DNA from: Candidatus Falkowbacteria bacterium | GTDB lineage: Bacteria; Patescibacteriota; Patescibacteriia; CAIXNZ01 | DNA length: 64,000 nt | Direction: 5' to 3' | NCBI GenBank assembly: GCA_963774955.1 | Contig: CAVZGV010000003.1 | Location: forward strand, 386,981 to 450,980 | Shown: positions 56,803-64,000 of the stretch, piece after piece | How positions within the stretch are numbered: position 1 is the stretch's first letter | Layout: the number at the start of each line of letters is the position of its first letter | Made by a program: the position numbers and the translations under genes | Notes under the pieces: model-generated | Database searches by the model: none | What the model was told of the DNA's origin: nothing | The model's input: only the letters and a program-made list of their open reading frames with translations

Positions 56803-57553
56803 ATGACCCAATACTATAACCCCAACCGCGCCCCAGACTGGAACTATGGCGGGAAAAATTGGAAACTGTCACGATCAAAAATTGACCTTTTTGTAGAGTG
56901 TCCCAGATGTTTTTATGTTGATAATAAACTTGGCACCAAACGACCACCAGGATTTCCGTTTAATATAAATTCAGCAGTTGATAAATTATTGAAGCAAGAA
57001 TTTGATGTTCATCGCTCCAATGGCACTCAGCACCCATTGCAAAAAAAATATAAAATTGACGCAGTACCTGCCCCGCATGAAAGCATTGATATTTGGCGGG
57101 ATAATTTTAAAGGCGTTTCAATATTTGCATAAAGCTACCGGCATGACCATCTCCGGCGCGATTGATGATCTTTGGATTAATTCAAAGGGCGAATATATGG
57201 TGGTTGATTATAAAGCCACTGCAAAGGAAGAGGCCGTGACAGAACTTGATCAGGAATGGCAAGATGGTTATAAACGCCAAATGGAAGTTTATCAGTGGTT
57301 ATTGCGTAAAAATAAATTAAAAGTCTCTAATACCGGCTATTTTGTTTATTGTACCGGCCGTACAGACGTTGAGGCATTTGACGGTAAAATAGAATTTAAT
57401 GTAAATGTGATTCCTTATACAGGTTCTGATAAATGGGTTGAAAAAACCATTAAAGAAACTCATAAATGTTTGGAAAATAATAAAATCCCTTCTTCAGGCG
57501 CTGATTGTGATTATTGTAAATATGTGGATGCGAGGAATAAGTATGTTAAGTAG
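56803..57553 (+). pseudogene. Cas4/RecB-like PD-(D/E)xK nuclease with Cys cluster, split by a frameshift (ORFs 56803-57132 and 57002-57553)
   Basis: N-terminal …FVECPRCFYVD. Core IDDLWINSKGEYMVVDYK (D…E.K) plus QMEVYQWLL (QxxxY). C-terminal C-x12-CDYC. The two ORFs overlap in different frames; the frame switch falls between ~57060 and 57130, downstream of an A8 run at ~57043. Confidence 0.45.
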
Positions 57554-57629
57554 AAATCTCATCCCCAAAGCCAATCCCAATTGCGCTTATTGCAATTATC
57601 GGTCAGAGGCAAGGGAAGTGGAGGAATAA
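57543..57629 (+). CDS. candidate 28-aa Cys-containing peptide (MLSRNLIPKANPNCAYCNYRSEAREVEE)
   Basis: ATG preceded by GAGGAATAAGT. Overlaps the stop of the Cas4-like gene. Lies ~40 nt upstream of the rSAM/SPASM gene. Contains CAYC. Confidence 0.25.
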   Translation: MLSRNLIPKANPNCAYCNYRSEAREVEE

Positions 57630-57667
57630 AAATTTTATTTAAAATATTTTCAAAACAATTTTTTAAG

Positions 57668-59653
57668 ATGAATAATGATGATCCAAAATTAAAATTTCTC
57701 TCGCTAGAACTCTCGCCCGAATGCGACCAGAACTGTAAGCATTGTTATGCTAATTCATTGAAGTCTCAGGTTGAAAATATACTTACCTTTGAACAATGGC
57801 TTGACGTTATTAAGGCTGCTAAAAAAATAGGTTGTGAAGAAATACGCTTAACCGGTGGGGAGCCAACACTTAGTCCTTATTTTTTTAAAATAATAAAAGC
57901 CGCTCATCAAATAGGTCTTAAAATTGGCTTTAATACTCACGGCGTTCTTAGTAATGCAATTTTGGCTAAAATAGTCAGCGCTGCGCCTGAGAGGATTTTT
58001 ATCAGTTTTGAGGGCTCGCCAAAGACTGATGCGGAAATAAGGGGCAAGAAACATTTTCAGCGGGCGTTTAATAGTGCAAAGTTTTTAAAACAGGCGGGGC
58101 TTGAGGTGTTGATGAATGTACATTTAAGAAAGAGTAATTATCGAGAAATTGAAAAGTTGTCCAAAATAGCGGTTGAAAATAATTTTATTCTCAAATTGCC
58201 ATTTCTTCGTCCAATTGGGCGAGCCGCAGAATGCCTGACTGAAGAAATATTAAATCCAGATCAAACCTTGGTTGTTGCTAAGGAAACAGAAAGAGTTAAA
58301 ATTAAATATCCTGCTTTAAAAATAACAAGCGATTACCAACTGCTAGGTGATGTTCAGCAGCATATGCTGAATCATTGTCCTGCCGGGATAGTTTCTATCC
58401 ATATTAATCCTGATGGCACTGCTTTCCCCTGTGGTTTTATGAGAGCAGATGATTTTAAGTTGGGAAATATTAAAAAAATTTCTTTGAAACAAATTTGGTT
58501 TAAATCGCCACTGTTAATTAAAATGAGAAAGGTTACGGGGGCACCAAAATGTCAGCATTGTGAATATTTTAAAAGTAAATGTTCTGGACCTGCTAGATGC
58601 TTTTCTTATTACCTTAATGGTAAGTTATTCAGCGATGATCCAATTTGTTTTGCCAAAAGTAAGAGTGAAGAAATTGGACTTGAATTTTTAAAGAAGAAAG
58701 TAGGCAGGTTGCCCAAAAAAGAAAGGGAATTATTTAATAAAATATTTGATTTGAAAATAGATAAATCTGAAAAAGGGGATAACATTATAAGTTTAAGAAA
58801 CAAAATTGAAATGACTCAAGGGATTTATAATGTAGCTTCAAGACAGGGGAGACCCATTGATCCTGTAAAGTTAAAAAAAATCAGAAAACTTTGTGACCAG
58901 GTATCTGATTGTAAGATTTGTAAAAAAGGCCGGGGGAAACAGCAGTTTTTAGATGCTTTGCCCGGAGCTTATACCAAACATCATAAGGTTTTGTTTTTTG
59001 ACAAACACAATCCCACCAATATAACGCCATCATTGGTTACTGCTTGTTTAAAGGCATCCGTTTGCTGGTCTCAAAAAGAAGCTTTTCAAAAGAAGAAATA
59101 TTATCCTTATATATTTTGGAATACGTTAATCGGGTCTGAAATCCATGGCCATGCGCATTTGATTTTAGCGGAAGATCTGCAATTTGCTGAAGTTGAAGAT
59201 CTTTCAATCAAAGCCAAATCGTTTGGTGAAATTAAAGGCAAGAATTATTGGGAATCTTTATTTAAAGCCCATTTATTAGTCGGTTTGGCAAAACAAGTAG
59301 GGCGATTTAAATATTTTATGAATCTTGTCCCTAAATCGTCAAGGGAAATTTTTATCTTTGGCAAAACCGGCTTGGATGAAATGGCAATAACTAGTTTATC
59401 GCTGCTAGTTTCAAAAATTTGTCAGAATTGGATTAATCGAACACCCTTTAGGGTGCCGGCGCTAAGTATTTTTATAAGTTATCCTTTGCCCCAGAAAGTA
59501 AACAAGGACAAATTAACTATTGTCCGAATTGTTGATAGAAGATATCCGTTATTGGGAAAGACTGACAGAGGTACGGTTGAAGAATTTGCTTTTAAGGTTG
59601 TGACACATGATCCCTTTGAGGAATGGAAACAATTAGAAAAAACGCTTAAATAA
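57668..59653 (+). CDS. radical SAM/SPASM-domain protein fused to a C-terminal HIT-like (His-triad) domain
   Basis: ATG 57668 (MNNDDPK…). CDQNCKHC (CxxxCxxC), LTGGEPTL. SPASM Cys pattern CPAGIVSIHINPDGTAFPCGF…CQHCEYFKSKCSG…C. C-terminal …GSEIHGHAHLIL (HxHxHxx). Confidence 0.6.
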   Translation: MNNDDPKLKFLSLELSPECDQNCKHCYANSLKSQVENILTFEQWLDVIKAAKKIGCEEIRLTGGEPTLSPYFFKIIKAAHQIGLKIGFNTHGVLSNAILAKIVSAAPERIFISFEGSPKTDAEIRGKKHFQRAFNSAKFLKQAGLEVLMNVHLRKSNYREIEKLSKIAVENNFILKLPFLRPIGRAAECLTEEILNPDQTLVVAKETERVKIKYPALKITSDYQLLGDVQQHMLNHCPAGIVSIHINPDGTAFPCGFMRADDFKLGNIKKISLKQIWFKSPLLIKMRKVTGAPKCQHCEYFKSKCSGPARCFSYYLNGKLFSDDPICFAKSKSEEIGLEFLKKKVGRLPKKERELFNKIFDLKIDKSEKGDNIISLRNKIEMTQGIYNVASRQGRPIDPVKLKKIRKLCDQVSDCKICKKGRGKQQFLDALPGAYTKHHKVLFFDKHNPTNITPSLVTACLKASVCWSQKEAFQKKKYYPYIFWNTLIGSEIHGHAHLILAEDLQFAEVEDLSIKAKSFGEIKGKNYWESLFKAHLLVGLAKQVGRFKYFMNLVPKSSREIFIFGKTGLDEMAITSLSLLVSKICQNWINRTPFRVPALSIFISYPLPQKVNKDKLTIVRIVDRRYPLLGKTDRGTVEEFAFKVVTHDPFEEWKQLEKTLK

Positions 59654-59789
59654 AAATCTCATCCCCTAAGGGGCAGGCTAAAAAATTTACTTGTGGATAA
59701 GGCAGCTTGTATTCGGTTTTTGTTCGGGTTATAATTAATCATGGAATGTACTAACATTCTATTGTTAATTATTTAAAATCAGAAAGTAT

Positions 59790-60236
59790 ATGAAAATAAA
59801 TGATAAAATCGCCTTGTTTGAAGGCAAAACAATACGACGACATTGGGATGAGGAAAAAGAAAAATGGTATTTCTCGGTGGTGGATATTGTTGGGATTTTA
59901 AGTGAAAGCGCTGATCCGAGAAATTATTGGAAAGTTCTTAAAAATCGCCTTAAAGCAGAAGGTAGTGAGTTGGTTACAAAATGTAACCAACTGAAATTTT
60001 TGGCTAATGACGGTAAATATTATCTTTCCGATGCCGCTGATACCGAAACCTTGTTGCGTCTTATCCAGTCTGTGCCTAGTCCCAAGGCCGAGCCGGTTAA
60101 ACTATGGCTGGCAAAAGTCGGCTATGAAAGAATTCAAGAAACATTAGACCCTGAAAAATCTATAAATAGAGGTCGAGTAACTTGGCAAAGAATGGGTCAT
60201 AGTCAAAAATGGATCTTGGCAAAGATCGTAAATTAG
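59790..60236 (+). CDS. Bro-N-domain (phage antirepressor-like) protein
   Basis: IALFEGKTIRRHWDEEKEKWYFSVVDIVGIL fits the Bro-N pattern. Confidence 0.45.
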   Translation: MKINDKIALFEGKTIRRHWDEEKEKWYFSVVDIVGILSESADPRNYWKVLKNRLKAEGSELVTKCNQLKFLANDGKYYLSDAADTETLLRLIQSVPSPKAEPVKLWLAKVGYERIQETLDPEKSINRGRVTWQRMGHSQKWILAKIVN

Positions 60237-60366
60237 ACCGTTGGCAGGGACATGATGATAAAATAACAAAAAACAAATTCCAAATAACAAATAAATCTCA
60301 AATAACAAATATATAAATAACAAACGTTTGGTATTTGAGGTTTGGCTAATGTAATTTATTTGTGAT

Positions 60367-60745
60367 TTGATGCTTGAAATTTGGGATTTCAATATCATGC
60401 CCAATCATGTACACGTTGTTTTTTTATTGAAAGAGAATAATGATTTTGGCCAATCGGACGGTAGAGACACGGTTAACCGTGTCTCTACAGAACGTAAATT
60501 CGGTTCAGTCCCGCCAAAATCATTGTCATCAATTGTTAATACATTTAAAGGCGGCGTAACCCGTCGTTGTCATGAAAATAAATTGGATTTCCAATGGCAA
60601 TCAAATTATTACGAACATATCATCCGTGATGAAGACGATTATGCCCGCATTAAGGAATACATTTTCTGTAATCCCGGCAAATGGGCAGAAGACCGCAATA
60701 ATCCCATTAATATTAAATAAAAATCTTATCTGAAATATTTTTAAA
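60367..60745 (+). mobile_element. diverged, 5'-truncated copy of the IS200/RAYT-type transposase gene
   Basis: Retains MPNHVHVVF (HuH) and …WQSNYYEHIIRDEDDYARI. Lacks the first ~70 codons. Ends in a variant REP-like motif. Confidence 0.55.
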
Positions 60746-60777
60746 TATTATAACGTGAAATTATGTTGAATAAGACT

Positions 60778-61581
60778 ATGTCCAGCGAAGCGGAATCCCG
60801 CGTCTCGGGAAAAAAACTCGGATTGATCATATTGCCAATGTTGATCTTAATTATTTCAGGTTGCAGTCTGCCTTGGCAGGCGCCGCAACAGGTTGGCTGC
60901 GACCTGGACGCCAAACTTTGTCCGGATGGATCAGCTGTCGGCCGTAGCGGACCAAACTGCGAGTTTGCGGCTTGCCCGCAGATTGATATCAACCCTGCGA
61001 TTACTGATTTTAATTCCTGTTCCGCGGCCGGTTATCCGATTATGGAAAGTTATCCCCGACAATGCCGGGCTAATGGCCGGACTTATACGGAAAGATTGAT
61101 TGATAATAACAGCTCTAGTTGCACGATTAGTCCTAATTGCCAGCTGCCAATGGATTATGCGGTTCGTTCTAATTGTCCATACCAAGCTTATTGTTATAAT
61201 CAAAAATGCGTAGTCGGCTGTCCGTTATGGGATGAACCAACAAATTCTTGGGAGGTAAAATGTTCGGTTGATAAAGATTGTAATTGTGCTGCCTGGAATG
61301 AACAGGAAAATTATACTTGCGCTTGTGTGGACGGCCAATGCGCTTCTATTGTCTCCGGTCCAAGTTCTGAACAACCTGGTCCGGCCGCAGGCGATTATGC
61401 TGCTGATTGTCTCAAAAACAATGGTAATTGGCTGGAACAATATCGTGAGTGTGAATATAGCAGCCAAACCTGGTGTGATCAGGCTGGCGGTGTGTTTAAA
61501 GAATGTGAATCAGCTTGCCGCCATGATCCGCAGGCACAAATGTGCACCTTGCAATGCGTGCCCGTGTGCCAGTTGAAATAA
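60778..61581 (+). CDS. secreted Cys-rich lipoprotein
   Basis: ATG 60778 (MSSEAE…LILIISGCSLP). More than 30 Cys. Confidence 0.5.
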   Translation: MSSEAESRVSGKKLGLIILPMLILIISGCSLPWQAPQQVGCDLDAKLCPDGSAVGRSGPNCEFAACPQIDINPAITDFNSCSAAGYPIMESYPRQCRANGRTYTERLIDNNSSSCTISPNCQLPMDYAVRSNCPYQAYCYNQKCVVGCPLWDEPTNSWEVKCSVDKDCNCAAWNEQENYTCACVDGQCASIVSGPSSEQPGPAAGDYAADCLKNNGNWLEQYRECEYSSQTWCDQAGGVFKECESACRHDPQAQMCTLQCVPVCQLK

Positions 61582-61599
61582 AAACCTCAAAAAATAAAA

Positions 61600-62181
61600 A
61601 TGGATCGTGAATATTTTAAAAATCAATACCGTACCTCAACCAATCGGTTAAATTGTTGGGATTATAATTTGGCGGCAAAGTATTTTGTGACCATTTGCAC
61701 CCATGACCGCCAATGTTGCCTCGGTGAAGTCAAGAACGACAAGGTTATTTTGTTGGAGATTGGGAAGATGGTTTTTGAGGATTTGATGAATATACCCAAA
61801 TTACGCCCATATGTGTTGGTGGATGATTATGTCATCATGCCGAATCATGTACACATTGTTTTTTTATTGAAAGAGAATAATGATTTTGGCCAATCGGACG
61901 GTAGAGACACGGTTAACCGTGTCTCTACAGAACGTAAATTCGGTTCAGTCCCGCCAAAATCATTGTCATCAATTGTTAATACATTTAAAGGCGGCGTAAC
62001 CCGTCGTTGTCATGAAAATAAATTGGATTTCAAATGGCAATCAAATTATCACGAACATATCATCCGCGACGAGGACGATTATGCCCGGATCTGCGAATAT
62101 ATCCGCTGTAACCCGGGTAAATGGTCTGAAGATCGAAATAATCCTTTAAATATAAAAAATCTCATCTAAAATATTTTTTAA
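61600..62181 (+). mobile_element. tnpA: intact IS200/IS605-family (RAYT-like, Y1 HuH) transposase gene (CDS 61600-62169) plus 3' REP-like motif
   Basis: 189 aa with HuH motif MPNHVHIVF and catalytic-Tyr region WQSNYHEHIIRDEDDYARICEYIRCNPGKW. Contains a perfect 28-bp palindrome GTAGAGACACGGTTAACCGTGTCTCTAC (61901-61928). Confidence 0.7.
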
Positions 62182-62198
62182 TAATTAATTTTATCAGT

Positions 62199-62444
62199 AT
62201 GCAAATTCCTTTTATTTTAATGGCAGTGATTGCGGTGACGATTATTGTCCTGCTGGTTGTTTTTTTAAAAAAAGGAAAACCTCAACCTTTGACACCCTTA
62301 ACCAGTCTGGCTTTTGTTTTAATTATTGCCGGAATAATCGGTAATTCCGTACTGGATAACAGATTTATCAGTTATGGGTTATTTGGTTTGGGCGTGGTTT
62401 TGGCGGTAATTGATATTGCGCTCAAGGCCAGAAAACAAAAATAA
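62199..62444 (+). CDS. small membrane protein
   Basis: Two TM helices. 81 aa. Confidence 0.4.
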   Translation: MQIPFILMAVIAVTIIVLLVVFLKKGKPQPLTPLTSLAFVLIIAGIIGNSVLDNRFISYGLFGLGVVLAVIDIALKARKQK

Positions 62445-62670
62445 ATATGGATTTGAAAAAATGTAAATTACAAGCCAGTCGAAGGGTGGTCCGAAGATCA
62501 GAATAACTCCCTCGTTATCCGAAGCTCCGTAGGAGCGAAGGATAAGCGAATATTTTGTAATTATTTTTCCCTTGACATTTTTAGATTTTTATGATAAGTT
62601 TGATTGAAATATTGTTATTTCAAACAAATCAAAACCATCCAAGCATAAAGCTTGAGATGGTAAGGAGGAG

Positions 62671-63885
62671 ATGATGTCGTATAAGTTGGAAATGAAAATG
62701 CGGCCGAATATGATCGAGCGTCTGGAAATCGTGCCTGATTATATGGGCAGGGTTTACGATGCCATCGATTATTGGGACAGCCAGCTGAAATGCGAGCTGA
62801 CCATTCCGCTTCGCGGTCGGGAACAGAGCATTAAGTTTGTCTATGCGCCGCCTTCTTTTCTCAACTATCTGGGCGAAGGCGAAGTTTTCGGCGTCTACCT
62901 GGGTGATATGATTTTCATCAATGCCAATATCGGCGAAAATCGGCCCAACTGGGTGCCCTATATCATCCTTAAACTCTGGTCTGAACGTTTCGTTGATCAG
63001 GGCCTGGATGAAACCGGCAGAGTCAAGCATCTTCAGTCGTTGTGGGCCACCATTCGTTTTGCCGGCACGCAAATGCAGGCCGACGAATTGCGGGAATTCC
63101 TCAGCGCGCTGATGAAGCATGAAAGTACGGGTTATTTCCGTCTTGACGAGGAAGTCCGTAATTTCATTGAGGACGGCGGCGGCGATCCCAAAGCAGCCAA
63201 ACGCAAGTATCTGGAAAACCACCATCAGAGCCGTTGGGTTGTACGCGGCCGGATCGAGGAAGATCTGGTTTCAGCTCTGGGCGTCACAGCCTTTGACGGC
63301 TATCGTAATCATGCCGAGGCTATCCTGTCAGTCATCGGCGAGCTTGACGAGAAAAATCTGTACGTCATGGCGGTCTTTTTGCATGAGCTGGCCAGACTGG
63401 AACCCGGACGGGAATTGATCATCCAGCCGCCGTTTACATCCCTGGCGTATACGCTGACCAAAGAGTGCAACGGGTTTGTCGACCTGATCAAATTTTTGGA
63501 TCAGCCTGATAATCCTCAGGCAGAAGATGTGATTTGCCGTTTACCGTCAAAGCGGACAACCTGGCAGGCCCTGGGCAAGCGCATTACCTATCGCATCAGC
63601 AAGGCTGAAGAAAAGGTCAAAGCTTTGATTGAAACCGAGCAAAAGCGCCTGGCTGAAACTCTGAGCACTGCCCAGCAGGTCAATCAGCAGTTTGAAGTCT
63701 CAATGGCCACAGCCAAAAGCGCCCTGGCCAGAGTCAATGGTTTTGACGAAGCCAAACAGCTGCTGCAAAAGACCGGTGTTCAATTCCAGGGTGACATTGA
63801 AGCCCTGAGTTTGCTCAGCCGGACCACGGCGCAGAATCTGGCAGACCTTTCTCATCTGCAGATGATTCTGTTCGAACAGATCTAA
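62671..63885 (+). CDS. hypothetical protein (GC-rich, ~50% GC)
   Basis: RBS AAGGAGGAG precedes ATG. 404 aa, no recognisable motif. The overlapping minus-strand ORF 62629-63225 is rejected. Terminator at 63889-63922. Confidence 0.55.
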   Translation: MMSYKLEMKMRPNMIERLEIVPDYMGRVYDAIDYWDSQLKCELTIPLRGREQSIKFVYAPPSFLNYLGEGEVFGVYLGDMIFINANIGENRPNWVPYIILKLWSERFVDQGLDETGRVKHLQSLWATIRFAGTQMQADELREFLSALMKHESTGYFRLDEEVRNFIEDGGGDPKAAKRKYLENHHQSRWVVRGRIEEDLVSALGVTAFDGYRNHAEAILSVIGELDEKNLYVMAVFLHELARLEPGRELIIQPPFTSLAYTLTKECNGFVDLIKFLDQPDNPQAEDVICRLPSKRTTWQALGKRITYRISKAEEKVKALIETEQKRLAETLSTAQQVNQQFEVSMATAKSALARVNGFDEAKQLLQKTGVQFQGDIEALSLLSRTTAQNLADLSHLQMILFEQI

Positions 63886-63948
63886 AATCTTTAACCGCTT
63901 AGGCCATCAGGCTTAGGCGGTTTTATAATTCAGCTGATTTTGTATTGA

Positions 63949-64000
63949 AAGAGCATGATGATTTTGGCCAACCGGAAGGTAGAGACACGGTTAACCGTGT
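63949..64000 (+). mobile_element. start of a further 5'-truncated IS200/RAYT-type copy (runs off the window)
   Basis: TTGAAAGAGCATGATGATTTTGGCCAACCGGAAGGTAGAGACACGGTTAACCGTGT begins at the same internal breakpoint as copy 55396. Confidence 0.5.

Noticed and set aside
60261-60330. Possible CRISPR-like repeats
   Set aside because: Units are ~9 nt, degenerate and without spacers. No CRISPR array anywhere in the window.
62629-63225. Minus-strand 198-aa ORF
   Set aside because: Antisense to the long + ORF 62671-63885, which has an excellent RBS and uninterrupted 404 codons.

Overview
Low-GC (roughly 38-40% by eye) bacterial chromosomal fragment, read on both strands. Genes are compact, mostly + strand, with AAGGAGG-type RBSs, consensus TTGACA/TATAAT promoters and clear rho-independent terminators. 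Many products are small Cys-rich (CxxC) proteins, lipoproteins and secreted repeat proteins. The gene-content style resembles Patescibacteria/CPR-like genomes; this is inference only. Window start to ~42 kb: a paralogous 'C-terminal module' gene trio, rlmN, a CrtC/AttH-like protein, a long GHMP-kinase-like protein, a secreted S1 protease, an Rnl-type RNA ligase, a UvrD/PcrA-type helicase fused to a C-terminal Cys-cluster nuclease, a J-domain Ser/Thr-kinase + vWA + pyruvate-kinase-like barrel cluster, a DsbA-like oxidoreductase, and a lipoprotein family sharing a conserved 5' cassette. From ~42 kb to the window end: an accessory defence/mobile island with RhuM/Fic, DinD-like, M23 peptidase, an AT-rich NTase-HTH-HNH protein, LexA overlapping a fused endonuclease-methyltransferase with a separate HsdS (Type IIB/BcgI-like), a cytoplasmic trypsin-like protease + unknown partner inserted between the A and S genes, GmrSD-like Type IV enzyme, SNase lipoprotein, XRE/ImmA pair, frameshifted Cas4-like nuclease, a radical-SAM/SPASM protein fused to a HIT-like domain with a candidate 28-aa Cys peptide upstream, a Bro-N protein, and at least four full or partial copies of an IS200/RAYT-type HuH transposase gene with a dispersed REP-like motif. 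Two GC-rich, highly structured intergenic regions (12225-12450, 26220-26612) are candidate ncRNAs I could not classify. No rRNA, tRNA or CRISPR array was recognisable by eye. Candidate novel systems, in decreasing order of interest: the rSAM/SPASM-HIT module with upstream peptide and XRE/ImmA control; the J-kinase/vWA/PK-like cluster; the protease cassette embedded in the LexA-linked RM operon.
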